Shown: piece after piece, positions 1 to 13,046 of the stretch
Numbering within the stretch: the stretch's first letter is position 1
Layout: every line of letters starts with the position of its first letter
DNA from: Octopus bimaculoides
Lineage: Eukaryota
Assembly (NCBI RefSeq): GCF_001194135.2
Contig: NC_069002.1
Location: forward strand, 23,140,743-23,186,406
Direction of reading: 5' to 3'
DNA length: 45,664 nt
Program-made: the position numbers and the translations under genes
Notes under the pieces: generated by a model
Database searches by the model: none
The model's input: the letters and a program-made list of their open reading frames with translations, nothing else
What the model was told of the DNA's origin: nothing

Positions 1-140
1 ATACATAGATATATTTATATATGTATACATATACACATAGATACATAGATATATTTATATATGTATACATATACACATAGATACATAGATATATTTATAT
101 ATGTATACATATACACATAGATACATAGATATATTTATAT
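1..140. repeat. 40-bp tandem repeat, 3.5 perfect copies (truncated by window start)
   Basis: ATACATAGATATATTTATATATGTATACATATACACATAG at 1, 41 and 81, with a half copy at 121. Confidence 0.95.
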
Positions 141-295
141 AAATACACACACACACATACATACACATATATATATAGAGAGAGAGGTTTATATATTTAT
201 ATATATATATATATATATTAGATGTATACAAACATATAGGGAAAAGAGAGAGAGCTTTATATATATATATCATCATCANNNNNNNNNNNNNNNNN

Positions 296-350
<55 letters not shown>

Positions 351-2088
351 TTACATATATATGCATATATACACATGTGCACACTCTCACACACATATAT
401 AGGTTTATTTATATTGTGTGTATATACATGTGTGTGCATGTGTGTGAGTGTGTTTACTTAACATATAAGCGATATGTAGTGATTGCAATAATATATAAAG
501 TGATCCCATTAATATATTAAATGTTAGTTCACACTTTCATTATTGCATTATTTCATTCTTTCCTTTCTTTGTTGTTGTTGTTGACATCATCGTCATCGTC
601 GTCAATACTAAGAGTGTCTTTATATAACTGATTCAGAATTACATCATACATTTGTACATGTGTGTTTGTGTTTATATACATATATTTATGTATGTGCTTA
701 CACACACACACATACAATCTTCATACATACATACATGCAAATACACACACACCTAACTCATCATTCTCGAAAAAATTATGTAATTTCATTAACAAGAAAA
801 TCCAGCCCCCCTCCCACTCACACTCACTCACAAAAGAAAAATCCCAATGGATTATTTGCAAAATAGAAGATAAACAATGCTCAGTAATTTCCAAATTCTT
901 TATTACCAAAATCCTTTAATAAATCAACTTCCTGTATAAAAGAAACACATATACAAACTTCTAAATCTATACTATACATGTATAGTTCATTGTTCTAACG
1001 TCCTGTACCCTGATATGCATCTATATACACATGTAGATGAAAGTATATACATATATGTGTGTATACATGCATATATATTTTTTGTATTATTACATCATTG
1101 AACGCACACGTCCATTTTGCAAGTAAGACTGTACTTTATTATTCTGACTTGACTCTATATATCTATCTATTTATCTATCTGTCTTCCTCTATCTTTCTAT
1201 CTATCCCTCTATCTACTTATCTATCTTTCTTCTTACCCATCTCCCCGTCTCGCTCTGCTTCTTTCTGTTATTCTAACTTCTACTTCACTGCTATACACTC
1301 CNNNNNNNNNNNNNNNNNNNNNNNNNNNNNNNNNNNNNNNNNNNNNNNNNNNNNNNNNNNNNNNNNNNNNNNNNNNNNNNNNNNNNNNNNNNNNNNNNNN
1401 NNNNNNNNNNNNNNNNNNNNNNNNNNNNNNNNNNNNNNNNNNNNNNNNNNNNNNNNNNNNNNNNNNNNNNNNNNNNNNNNNNNNNNNNNNNNNNNNNNNN
1501 NNNNNNNNNNNNNNNNNNNNNNNNNNNNNNNNNNNNNNNNNNNNNNNNNNNNNNNNNNNNNNNNNNNNNNNNNNNNNNNNNNNNNNNNNNNNNNNNNNNN
1601 NNNNNNNNNNNNNNNNNNNNNNNNNNNNNNNNNNNNNNNNNNNNNNNNNNNNNNNNNNNNNNNNNNNNNNNNNNNNNNNNNNNNNNNNNNNNNNNNNNNN
1701 NNNNNNNNNNNNNNNNNNNNNNNNNNNNNNNNNNNNNNNNNNNNNNNNNNNNNNNNNNNNNNNNNNNNNNNNNNNNNNNNNNNNNNNNNNNNNNNNNNNN
1801 NNNNNNNNNNNNNNNNNNNNNNNNNNNNNNNNNNNNNNNNNNNNNNNNNNNNNNNNNNNNNNNNNNNNNNNNNNNNNNNNNNNNNNNNNNNNNNNNNNNN
1901 NNNNNNNNNNNNNNNNNNNNNNNNNNNNNNNNNNNNNNNNNNNNNNNNNNNNNNNNNNNNNNNNNNNNNNNNNNNNNNNNNNNNNNNNNNNNNNNNNNNN
2001 NNNNNNNNNNNNNNNNNNNNNNNNNNNNNNNNNNNNNNNNNNNNNNNNNNNNNNNNNNNNNNNNNNNNNNNNNNNNNNNNNNNNNNNN

Positions 2089-2121
<33 letters not shown>

Positions 2122-2124
<3 letters not shown>

Positions 2125-2518
2125 TCTTTACTCTTTTAATTGTTTCAGTCATTTGACTGCGGCCATGCTGGAGTACCACCTTTAGTCGAGCAAATCAACC
2201 CCAATACTTATTCTATCGGTGTCTTTTGCCGAACCGCTGGGTTAAGGGGTCATAAACACACCACCATTGGTTGTCAAGTGATGTTGGGGGGACAAACACA
2301 GACACACACACACACACATACACACACACATATATATATATATATACATATATACGACGGGCTTCTTTCAGTTTCCATTTACCAAATCCACTCACAAGGC
2401 TTTGGTCAGCCTAAGGCTATAGTAGTAGACAATTGCCCAAGGTGCCATGCAGTGGGAACGAACCCGGAACCATGTGGTTGGTAAGCAAGCTACTTACCAC
2501 ACACCCACTCCTGCGCCT
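2122..2518 (-). mobile_element. tRNA-derived CORE-type SINE (family A), near full length
   Basis: Minus strand: head GGCGCAGGAGTGGGTGTGTGGTAAG (A-box-like), GGGTTCGTTCCC (B-box-like), CORE-like GCACCTTGGGCAATTGTCTACTACTATAGCC, internal (TA/TG)n, tail AAAAGAGTAAAAGAG. Many homologous copies in the window. Confidence 0.9.
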
Positions 2519-2557
2519 ATATATATATATATATATGTATATATATAGTGTATATTC

Positions 2558-2832
2558 TTTTTAAGTCTAGTACTTATGCAATCAGTCTCTTTTGCCGAAC
2601 TGCTAAGTTATGGGGATGTAAGTATACCAACATTGGTTGTCAAGCTGGGGGGACAAACACAGATACATACATACATACATAATTATATACGATGGGGTTC
2701 TTTCAGTTTCCTTCCACCAAATCCACTCACAAGGCTTTGGTTATAGTACAAAACATTTGCCCAAGGTGCCATGCAGTGGGACTGAATACGGAACCATGTG
2801 GTTGAGAAGCAAGCCTTTTACCACATAGCCTA
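2558..2832 (-). mobile_element. SINE family A, degenerate copy
   Basis: Colinear homology to 2122-2518. Confidence 0.85.
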
Positions 2833-2896
2833 TTATATATATATTGCTGATATAACATACATACATAAGATATATATATATATATATATATAATAT

Positions 2897-3245
2897 TCTT
2901 TAATTTGTTTAAGTCAGTTGACTGCAGCCATACTGGAGCACCGCCTTTAGTTGAACAAATCAACCCCAGGACTTATTCTCTTTTGCCGAACTGTTAAATT
3001 ATGGGGATGTAAACAAACCAACATCAGTTATCAAGTGATGGTGGGGGCAAAAAGACACACGAACACACACACACACACACACATACACACACATATACGA
3101 CGGGCTTCTTCCAGTTTCCATCAACCAAATCCATTCACAAGGCTTTGGTCTGCCTGAGGCTATAGTAGAAGACATTTGCCCAACGTACCGTGCAGTGGGA
3201 CTGTATCTGGAACCATGTTCTTACCACACAGCCACTCCTGCACCT
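2897..3245 (-). mobile_element. SINE family A copy
   Basis: Colinear homology to 2122-2518; third copy of a same-orientation cluster. Confidence 0.88.
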
Positions 3246-4741
3246 ATATTATAGGCATAACATACATATATAACATACCATTTATTTATAATAGACATAT
3301 ATAGTATGCTATGCGTGTATAGCATACCAAATGTATAATAATATACACATACAACATGCCATATATGTGTATATCTTTTAAATTTGTTTATGGTAATATT
3401 ACAGGCATGCAAATAAAGCTCCTATTTCATTATACCAGCTACTGTTTAATGATACTGACCAGTGAGTCAGCTTTTTAGGGTTGCATCATGGTTATACCAA
3501 GATAATGTAGGATAAATATAATAAGAATAATTCTAGATTGGAATTTATAAATATCTAATGCATTGCTTCTATGCCCATTTCCACAAATCAAATTTAGTAT
3601 CCTTGGGATGCATACAGTATAGGCTGTAGTATCCGTGGGCATCTGGTTGATCATCATCATTGAAACATTTCATCAGGCATGATTGGATGAATCACAGAAG
3701 GATGTTTATCCCTTCTTGCAACTATGAAGGCCAATCTGGCTATGTGGGTATTTCTGTATGTACTTGGGAGGGGGAATTAGGTATTGGGAGTAATATGGGA
3801 GTGGGGGTGTGTGTGATTATAGCATATATACATAGTGTATTTAGCATACTATGTATGTCTTCTGTTTATATATATATAGCATAACAGACCAGATATAATA
3901 GACATAATATACTCTATATGTATAATGTATATAACATACATATATGTATAACATATATAATGGATATAACATATCCTATATGTATTACATACAATGTGTG
4001 TATAGTATAGTGTTGTCACCAAGAGCAAACACTTATCTGGTTCTTCTAACTCGTGAAAGCCAGAGACATTGACAGATCTTCCCTCTATTGCTCTCTGTTG
4101 CTGCACTCTTGAGTTAACTCCCTTTCTAACTAGCCTCTCTAATGTTTCCTTCTCTATGTATCCTTTACAAGCACAAAAAAGAATCACCAGGGTCAGATTA
4201 AGCCATGGATTTTGGCATTGCAGCCCAGAAGCTTTCAGAGATTAGGTGAAACGTTTTTTGATCTGTTTTACCAATTTTTGTTACTGAGGTCTTGAATTCT
4301 CTGAACCCAAGGAGTCTACAAAGTCCTGATCCATCACTGAGTATAACTTTCCTTTATAAAAAACACCAACTTCCTCCCTTTGATGCTTTGCTTGCTTTTA
4401 TTACTTCCATTGTTTCAAACATGACAACAATCAGAACCAGTTACCTTCATTATCTTCCATCACTACACTCCTGAGTTAACTCCCTCCCTTCACAGTATCT
4501 CCTTACTCATCTTATGAAAATGCTTAACAGTGTAACCAGGGCCAGAGGGCCAGATTAAGATTTGAAGTTTTGGGGCCAGCAGCCTCCTACTGTTTCAAAG
4601 ATGAATATGGTTAAAACCAGTCAGCTCTTTTACTACTCTGGGTCCCATTTCTTTGACAATACGTAGAACTTAACTAAATCTATCAAAGTTCTTGTTGATC
4701 AGGTATCAATGCTTTCTCACTGTTGAATAGTTCAAGGGAGG

Positions 4742-4787
4742 AGGGATGTATTGCTGTCCCTGAAATCCAGGACAGCAACACATCCCT
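4742..4787. repeat. short hairpin/palindrome
   Basis: AGGGATGT-A-TTGCTGTCC ... GGACAGCAA-C-ACATCCCT: 17 bp stem with one mismatch. Confidence 0.85.
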
Positions 4788-5240
4788 TGTAAATATCCTA
4801 GTTACAGAATAGGCATAACATGTTCATGTATATTGTAATAGGTGTGACATAAAGTATGTTGGTGACAGGAAGAGCATCCTATTGAAAAACACTGACTCAG
4901 AAAAACCATCTGACTCATACCAGCAAAAAATTATGAATGTAAAATGGTGATGATGATGAAAATTATGGTGGCAATAACAATGATGTTGATAATGATGATA
5001 ACAAAGATGATGATGGCAATAATGACGACGATGATGATGGTTATAATATTTCCCTTAAAATCAGCAAATTCTTCAACCATGTAATTCTTTTAGTGTCAGC
5101 ATAAACTTGAAGGAATTTGGCTTTTTTTGTCATTGATCTGATGTCATTTTTTGTTTGTCTTGTTATAAGAATGACCAGCATTCTCCAAGGCTCATACTCC
5201 TACAAACATACTTGCCTTTCTCACTTTTTGCTTACTTCCC

Positions 5241-5353
5241 TCAGACTGTGGCCAGGATTTATTGTATTTATTAAGCTTGGTACTTATTCTATAGGTCTCC
5301 TTTGCTGAACTACTCAGTTACAGAGCATAAACACACCAACACTATTTGTCAAA

Positions 5354-5386
<33 letters not shown>

Positions 5387-5392
5387 GCGCAC

Positions 5393-5428
<36 letters not shown>

Positions 5429-5883
5429 NNNNNNNNNNNNNNNNNNNNNNNNNNNNNNNNNNNNNNNNNNNNNNNNNNNNNNNNNNNNNNNNNNNNNNNN
5501 NNNNNNNNNNNNNNNNNNNNNNNNNNNNNNNNNNNNNNNNNNNNNNNNNNNNNNNNNNNNNNNNNNNNNNNNNNNNNNNNNNNNNNNNNNNNNNNNNNNN
5601 NNNNNNNNNNNNNNNNNNNNNNNNNNNNNNNNNNNNNNNNNNNNNNNNNNNNNNNNNNNNNNNNNNNNNNNNNNNNNNNNNNNNNNNNNNNNNNNNNNNN
5701 NNNNNNNNNNNNNNNNNNNNNNNNNNNNNNNNNNNNNNNNNNNNNNNNNNNNNNNNNNNNNNNNNNNNNNNNNNNNNNNNNNNNNNNNNNNNNNNNNNNN
5801 NNNNNNNNNNNNNNNNNNNNNNNNNNNNNNNNNNNNNNNNNNNNNNNNNNNNNNNNNNNNNNNNNNNNNNNNNNNNNNNNNNN

Positions 5884-5939
<56 letters not shown>

Positions 5940-6075
5940 GACAGGCGTCTTTCAGTTTCCATCTATCAAATCCACTCACAAGGCTTTGGTTGGCCCAAGG
6001 TGCCATGCAGTGGGACTGAACCTGGAACCATGTGGTTGATAAGCAAGCTACTTACCACACAGCCACTCCTGCACC
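5241..6075 (-). mobile_element. SINE family A copy with gap in its (CA)n tract
   Basis: 3' part at 5241-5355, then (CA)n and an N gap; head/core at 5935-6075. Confidence 0.8.
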
Positions 6076-6529
6076 TTGATAATCTTTTATTAACATTCTC
6101 TGTCAAATTCCTTTAAATGTTTCTTAAAATGGTCAGATTGACCATTTTTCTAAGTTATTTGCTTGCTAGCCTATTATCTGAAGCTGCTAAATGATAATAC
6201 GTCATTTTAACAAGAAAATGAGGAAGCTAACCACTTCTGGTTTTAAATTGTCTTTGATGACCCTTCTGAATTCTTTGTGAATTATATAAAATCTTTCTTT
6301 AATAGTTTTGGTTATTTACCATTAATGTTGTGGAGTACTAACAGACCATCAGCCGTGTGTGAAGAACTGCTTTTGGATAGCAAGTCTATTTGTTGTTATA
6401 ACAGCAACAACAAGAAACAATTTCTCCAACATTATAGAACTGGAGAGTGATAAAACTGTGTGGCTGATGTCACATGATTTATCATATCATTTCCTTGCAA
6501 GAGACTGTTTCCTCAAGTATGATACACAC

Positions 6530-6577
<48 letters not shown>

Positions 6578-6688
6578 GTATTTAAGGATATATGTATATC
6601 TATTCATGTGACCATACATATTTAACTTCATCTAAGTGTATTTTCAAACAGATACGTATTTATATATATATATATATATATATATAAA

Positions 6689-6818
6689 ATCATCATCATC
6701 ATCATCATCTTCATTTAGTGTCCATTTGCTATGCTTCATGAGTTGGACAGTTTGATTGGAACTGGTAAACTAGAGAGCTGTGCCAGGCTCCAGTCTGATT
6801 TTGGCTTGGTTTCTATGG
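6689..6818 (-). mobile_element. RTE-clade LINE 3' tail fragment
   Basis: (CAT)n followed by a degenerate version of the GTTTAACGTCCGCTTTCCATGCTAGCATGGGTTGGAC terminus. Confidence 0.7.
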
Positions 6819-7175
6819 NNNNNNNNNNNNNNNNNNNNNNNNNNNNNNNNNNNNNNNNNNNNNNNNNNNNNNNNNNNNNNNNNNNNNNNNNNNNNNNNNN
6901 NNNNNNNNNNNNNNNNNNNNNNNNNNNNNNNNNNNNNNNNNNNNNNNNNNNNNNNNNNNNNNNNNNNNNNNNNNNNNNNNNNNNNNNNNNNNNNNNNNNN
7001 NNNNNNNNNNNNNNNNNNNNNNNNNNNNNNNNNNNNNNNNNNNNNNNNNNNNNNNNNNNNNNNNNNNNNNNNNNNNNNNNNNNNNNNNNNNNNNNNNNNN
7101 NNNNNNNNNNNNNNNNNNNNNNNNNNNNNNNNNNNTATATATATATATATATATATATTTACAAATACATGTGAA

Positions 7176-7270
7176 GATAAGTAGCAGTGTAGCTTGCTTA
7201 CCACATGGTTCTGGATTCAGTCCCACTGTGTGGAACCTTGGGCAAGTGTCTTCTATTATAGTCCTGAGCT
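7176..7270 (+). mobile_element. SINE family A head/core fragment
   Basis: TAGCTTGCTTACCACATGGTTCTGGATTCAGTCCCACTGTGTGGAACCTTGGGCAAGTGTCTTCT. Confidence 0.8.
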
Positions 7271-8327
7271 CTGGTCTTTGGTTTGCAGCAAGTTGTCTCC
7301 CAAAAAACTTCTAGCTGTCTTCTATGTTACAAATCTCTCTCTTCTCCTCTTCATCTTTGTCCTCAATGCCTTCTGGTATTTCTTGTTTCCTAAATCTGGT
7401 TGACAGAGTTTATCATTTCCATACCTCCCTTCTCCGAATTTTTTTTGCATTTCAAAGACCATCTAGCTCTTATCTTGAAGTCATTAATTATTAATCTATG
7501 ACGGATGGTTAATCCTTCTTCAGAGATAGACTTTGTGTTCACACCCAGTTGACTTTCCTGTTTCCTGGTCTAAAAGTCTACATACCTAGCTTGTTTACCC
7601 GAAGAACAGTTATTGGGTGACTGGTTTTGTGAAGTTAGTGCTGTAAATTAGTTAAATCATTTGCAACACAGGATTTCAAGAACTTTTGGTTCTTTTACCA
7701 AAACTGTTTTATTCTTATTTATTCATGTGTACAAGATGTCAGAAAGAATAGTTTACAGTCAAAGACACAATCAGGGAAGCGACTTCTTTCTGAAATAACA
7801 ACAAAGTCTTAAAAGTAGTGACATAAATAATATATTTTATTTCACTTCAATTCATTTGAAAATTTGAAGATTTTTCTGTGCATAAATAGACGAAGCAGCA
7901 GCAGTTCATTTCTTGTAACAGACCTTTTTATTACATTTATGTATTTGTTTTGTAAAATTCTTGATGTGAAATCAGGTATTGAAACAGATGTCATTTTCAG
8001 GGATGGTCATATTTTTGCCAGTTAAACACATGCAGTATTTATCTGATCTTCATTTTGTTGTTGTCATAATAATAATAATGATTTTGCTAAACCAGCAAAG
8101 GGAAGTTGATGACCTCTCCTTTTCAAAGATTTATGAATGCAGATTCATGCATCATATAGCTAACTAGGGGTGATTGCCGCTCGGAACTAATCGACAACTG
8201 TATTCGTCCTATTTTTCTGGACTGCCACGTTAGTTTGGCAATAAATATTAATACCCTGTATGGCTGCTATATCTCTCCTTTAAAGAGATTTAGAAATTAT
8301 GACATTTCTACTTATTATTTTTACTAA

Positions 8328-8370
<43 letters not shown>

Positions 8371-8427
8371 CTATTCTGTACACTACCAAAAATGCTATAT
8401 TTCTCTCTTTCTTTTCTCCCTTCCTCT

Positions 8428-8458
<31 letters not shown>

Positions 8459-8534
8459 ATGTGTGTGTGTGTGTGTGTATTTGGAACATAGTTATCTGTA
8501 ACTTGATACAATAAAGTGGTCCCAGAGGATCCAT

Positions 8535-8660
8535 TGTGGGTGAACATCTTAGTCCCTCTCTATGACACTTTGAGCAAATGACTTCCACTGTAGCCTTGGG
8601 CTGACCAAAGCCTTGTTAGTGGATTGCTAGATGGAAACTGTAAAAGTCTGTTGTGTGTAT
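8535..8660 (+). mobile_element. SINE family A degenerate fragment
   Basis: GACACTTTGAGCAAATGACTTCCACTGTAGCCTTGGGCTGACCAAAGCCTTGTTAGTGGATT. Confidence 0.7.
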
Positions 8661-8915
8661 ACACACACGCACACACATTTGGATATATGCATGTATTTAT
8701 GCATGCACCTGGTGTACATATTTGTACGTATATACGTTTGTGTGTGTGTATATATGTGTGTGTGTGTGTGTATATATATATAAATATATATAGATACATA
8801 TATAAATAAATATATAAATATATATAAATAAATAAATATAAATATATATAGAAATAAATAAATATATAGTAATAAATAAATATAAATATATATAAATATA
8901 TATATAAATAAATAA

Positions 8916-8954
<39 letters not shown>

Positions 8955-9803
8955 TAGATATATATATACACATACAAACAAACCCACGCAAATATAGATG
9001 TGTGTGTGTGTGTGTGTGTGCGTGCGTATAAGTAATTGATCACAAGTTTCCAATAATAATTCCATTTCCTAATATCATCTTCAGGGTATTGCTCGTCTTT
9101 ATGTCATTCTAGAGAATCTGAGAATATAAGAATCCCATATATATTCTTCACTGTCATCTCTTAGGTGATTTGACATTCTATTCAAAATGTTACGAATGAG
9201 TCCATGTGTGTATGTGCATATGGATATGTGTGTGTGTGTGAGCATGTTCATGTGTGTATATGTAAATATACATATATGTGTGTGTGTGTATATATATATA
9301 TATATGTGTGTGTGTATATGTGTATATATATATGTGTATATGTATGTGTATATATATATGTGTGTATATGTATGTGTTTGTGTGTATATATACATGCCTA
9401 TATGTTTATGTTTATGCCATTCTGTGTGTATATGTGTTTAACTGACAGAAACACAAGTGTTATCCTTTGCCTTTTCCAAAGTGATATTCTCATATTTTCA
9501 TAATTGCTTCTCTTGGAGTTAACAGAAGATATATTCTGTGACCACTTCACATTTATTTTACTTGTTCTTAGACTTTTGTGGTACTGAAGACTGGGTCTTT
9601 GGAATCACTTGTGCTATAACAACTTTTATTCTTCTGTTGCTTCTGTTACCTTTCCTTAACTACAGTTAGGTTCCAGAGGTTAAAAGCAAATTTTTTTTTC
9701 AGCTGAAATATGAAAGCAGTGAAAGTGTTTCAACCATCACAAACAGCTTGTGTGTGTATGTATATATATACATATATATATTGCTTAGGGATTNNNNNNN
9801 NNN

Positions 9804-9842
<39 letters not shown>

Positions 9843-10170
9843 CTTAGGGATTGTGAGACTAATAACCTGGGGTAGGACTCAATATACATATGCTTCGAAA
9901 CAAAGTGTTAGTCAAGTGTAGAGTGGTAATAAGAAAATGAGATAATGAACCAATAGATGATTATCTTATGAACTTCATTAGCTTACAGCTGTTTCTTCTA
10001 CAAAATGCAGTAGACTCATAGAATATACACACACATAGAAAACATGTCTGTATATTCTGTGTATTCCAAAAAGCATCCTAAAGGAATCCTTATTGTCCTG
10101 ACAGACTGTAACAGACTGTCAGATACCAGCCATGATAAATACCACAAGGTATTGAAAATACGTATTCGCC

Positions 10171-10418
10171 TTTATATATTTAATCCTTTATATTGAACAC
10201 TCAATATTTCATATATTCAATAAGACATTCAATACTTCATTTCATTGTACCATCCATTTTTATATTATATATTATATATTCCATATTCTATATCCCACAT
10301 TAATTTTACAAGAATATAAATAAAACATAAAAAACAGACAGAGTTGGAACTCTTTTAAATAAAATAATATATTCCTCTATACACGATCATACAAAACCCT
10401 TTTTTTGTATTTATTTTT
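10171..10418. repeat. AT-rich dispersed repeat, inverted homologue of 20761-21024
   Basis: Reverse-complement match along its length, e.g. CAGAGTTGGAACTCTTTTAAATAAAATAATATATTCCTCTATACACGATCATACAAAACCC. Confidence 0.9.
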
Positions 10419-10655
10419 NNNNNNNNNNNNNNNNNNNNNNNNNNNNNNNNNNNNNNNNNNNNNNNNNNNNNNNNNNNNNNNNNNNNNNNNNNNNNNNNNN
10501 NNNNNNNNNNNNNNNNNNNNNNNNNNNNNNNNNNNNNNNNNNNNNNNNNNNNNNNNNNNNNNNNNNNNNNNNNNNNNNNNNNNNNNNNNNNNNNNNNNNN
10601 NNNNNNNNNNNNNNNNNNNNNNNNNNNNNNNNNNNNNNNNNNNNNNNNNNNNNNN

Positions 10656-10697
<42 letters not shown>

Positions 10698-11494
10698 ATA
10701 GATTGTATTTTAGTTGGTTTGCAAGATTCTTGATGTGAATTTGTGTGTTGAAAGAAATACTGTTGAACCTTGAGAAGGCACGATGCACATAATAATAAAC
10801 ATACGCACTGGTTCAGGCCTTTCTTGTTATTGTTAGTTAATGTTTTAGTTACTCCACTCGAAAGTCCATCGATCAGCCGTTTTTTACCAGTTTTTCAAAC
10901 TCATATGTTAAACACTTTGGTCAAACAGTTAATCGATAGTTCAAATGTTCAGTATTGTTTTTGCTGTCGTTTGTTTTTTTTGTCAAATAATTATTTCATT
11001 GCATTGTTGCAATCTCTTCAGTGACACATCTTTCTGCTTCCATTTCTTTTGAACATATGTTCCAGTATTGGAATTCATCCGAGTTCTGTCCGAGATGAGT
11101 ATGTGAGTGTGTGTATGTCTGCATGTGTGTGTGTTTGTGTATGCATTTGTATACGTGCGTGCGTGTTTTTTTAAATACTGATTATGTTATCTTTCATATA
11201 CATAAGATAACAGTTTTAAGAGAGAGACAAACAGAGACAAAGAAATTTAGGGAGAGTTGATGATGTTTTATCAAAAGTGGTAGTGCTGATGGTGGCAGTG
11301 GGAGTAATTATACAGAGAGAGAAAGGGTGGGTATGTGAGAGAAAGAGGAAGATGGTGTACAACTTTGTTTAACCATGTCTCTTTGACAGAAATTCCTGTG
11401 GCCAACATACTGAACTCTATCATTTTTGTTTTATTTTTTGCTCTCTTTAATACATATATACATACATACACACACACTCACACATCCACACACA

Positions 11495-12328
11495 TCTAAT
11501 ATAATAAATGTGAAAGCTAATTTCTGTGCGTCAGCGTGTCACACTTTGTCCCCCTCTCTCACTGTTCAATGACTGCTACTATTGCTCATGTTGGTGTAAG
11601 AGTAATGGTAGGCATAGAGATGGTGAAAGTGGTGGCGAAGACAGACTGAGAGAGAGAAAAAGAGAAAGAAAGAAAAAGAGAGGGACAGAAAGAGAGACAA
11701 AGAAATTTAGGGAGAGCTGATGATGTTTTATTAGAAGTAGTAGTGTTGGTGGTTGCAGCAGGAGTAATAATAAAAGAGAGAGAAAGAGTGGGTATGTGAG
11801 AGAAAGAGGGACTGAACACTGAACCAACATACTGAACATTGAATTCTTTTGCACACACATTTAGCCTTTTTGTGATAGTGATGGGTGATAGTAATAATAT
11901 GAGCTGTAGTTGTGATAGAGGTGGAGGCGGTGGTGATAATTGTGGTGGTAGCCAAGGCAATCAGGGATTACAGTGAGAGTAAGTGATGTGAAAGACAGTG
12001 GTGATGGTGGTGAAGGGGAAGGCGTCAAAGTCAAAGGTATTGATGGTGGTGGTGACGTCAGAAGTCTGAATCGTGTCTGTATGGCAAATGTGGTGGCAAC
12101 GGTGGTGGTACTGTTGTTTGTGATGCTGCTTTGTAGTAAGTTCCAAGTCGACAAATTATATCGTTGTTTCGATGAAAATTGTTCATTGCTTGAAAAATAT
12201 TGGTCAAGTGTATTAAAATTTAATATGTACTCAATTCACAAAGTGTCATTGTTGGACCCAAGGCCCAATGGAGGGCCCTCAACAGGAGCTAGCTTAAAAG
12301 CTGCTCAACAGGGCAGCTTTTAAGCTAG
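11495..12328 (+). mobile_element. candidate non-autonomous Helitron
   Basis: Begins A^TCTAATATAATAAATGTGAAAG (Helitron-like 5' end). Ends with a perfect 16-bp-arm palindrome terminating in CTAG. The base after CTAG is A rather than the canonical T. Confidence 0.4.
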
Positions 12329-12357
12329 AATATGTATATGTGTGTATACATACATAT

Positions 12358-12678
12358 ATCATCATCGTTTAACGTCCGCTTTCCATGCTAGCATGAGTTG
12401 GACCATTTGACTGAGGACTGGTGAAACCAGATGGCTACACCAGGCTCCAATCTGATTAGGCAGAGTTTCTACAGCTGGATGCCCTTCCTAACGCCAACCA
12501 CTCAGAGAGTGTAGTGGGTGCTTTTATGTGCCACCGGCACGAAGGTCAGTCAGGCGGTACTGGCGACGGCCACGCTCAAAATGGTGTATTTTATGTGCCA
12601 CCCGCACAAGAGCCAGTCCAGGGGCACTGGCAACGATCTCGCTCGAAAATCCTTACACATGTCACGGGCATAAGTACC
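12358..12678 (-). mobile_element. RTE-clade LINE 3' UTR/tail (long variant)
   Basis: Same sequence as the 3' end of the ORF-bearing RTE copy at 29313-31080. Confidence 0.9.
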
Positions 12679-13046
12679 NNNNNNNNNNNNNNNNNNNNNN
12701 NNNNNNNNNNNNNNNNNNNNNNNNNNNNNNNNNNNNNNNNNNNNNNNNNNNNNNNNNNNNNNNNNNNNNNNNNNNNNNNNNNNNNNNNNNNNNNNNNNNN
12801 NNNNNNNNNNNNNNNNNNNNNNNNNNNNNNNNNNNNNNNNNNNNNNNNNNNNNNNNNNNNNNNNNNNNNNNNNNNNNNNNNNNNNNNNNNNNNNNNNNNN
12901 NNNNNNNNNNNNNNNNNNNNNNNNNNNNNNNNNNNNNNNNNNNNNNNNNNNNNNNNNNNNNNNNNNNNNNNNNNNNNNNNNNNNNNNNNNNNNNNNNNNN
13001 NNNNNNNNNNNNNNNNNNNNNNNNNNNNNNNNNNNNNNNNNNNNNN

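Noticed and set aside
3540-3700. Protein-looking minus-strand peptide CLMKCFNDDDQPDAHGYYSLYCMHPKDTKFDLWKWA
   Set aside because: It is bounded by stops, has no in-frame acceptor and no recognised family.
6345-6516. Possible exon with TACTAACAG acceptor and GTATGA donor
   Set aside because: One frame is open, but there is no recognisable homology, no polypyrimidine tract and no partner exons.
8170-8245. Weak hairpin ATTGCC...GGCAAT as a pre-miRNA
   Set aside because: A large bulge and only about 14 pairs make it compatible with chance.
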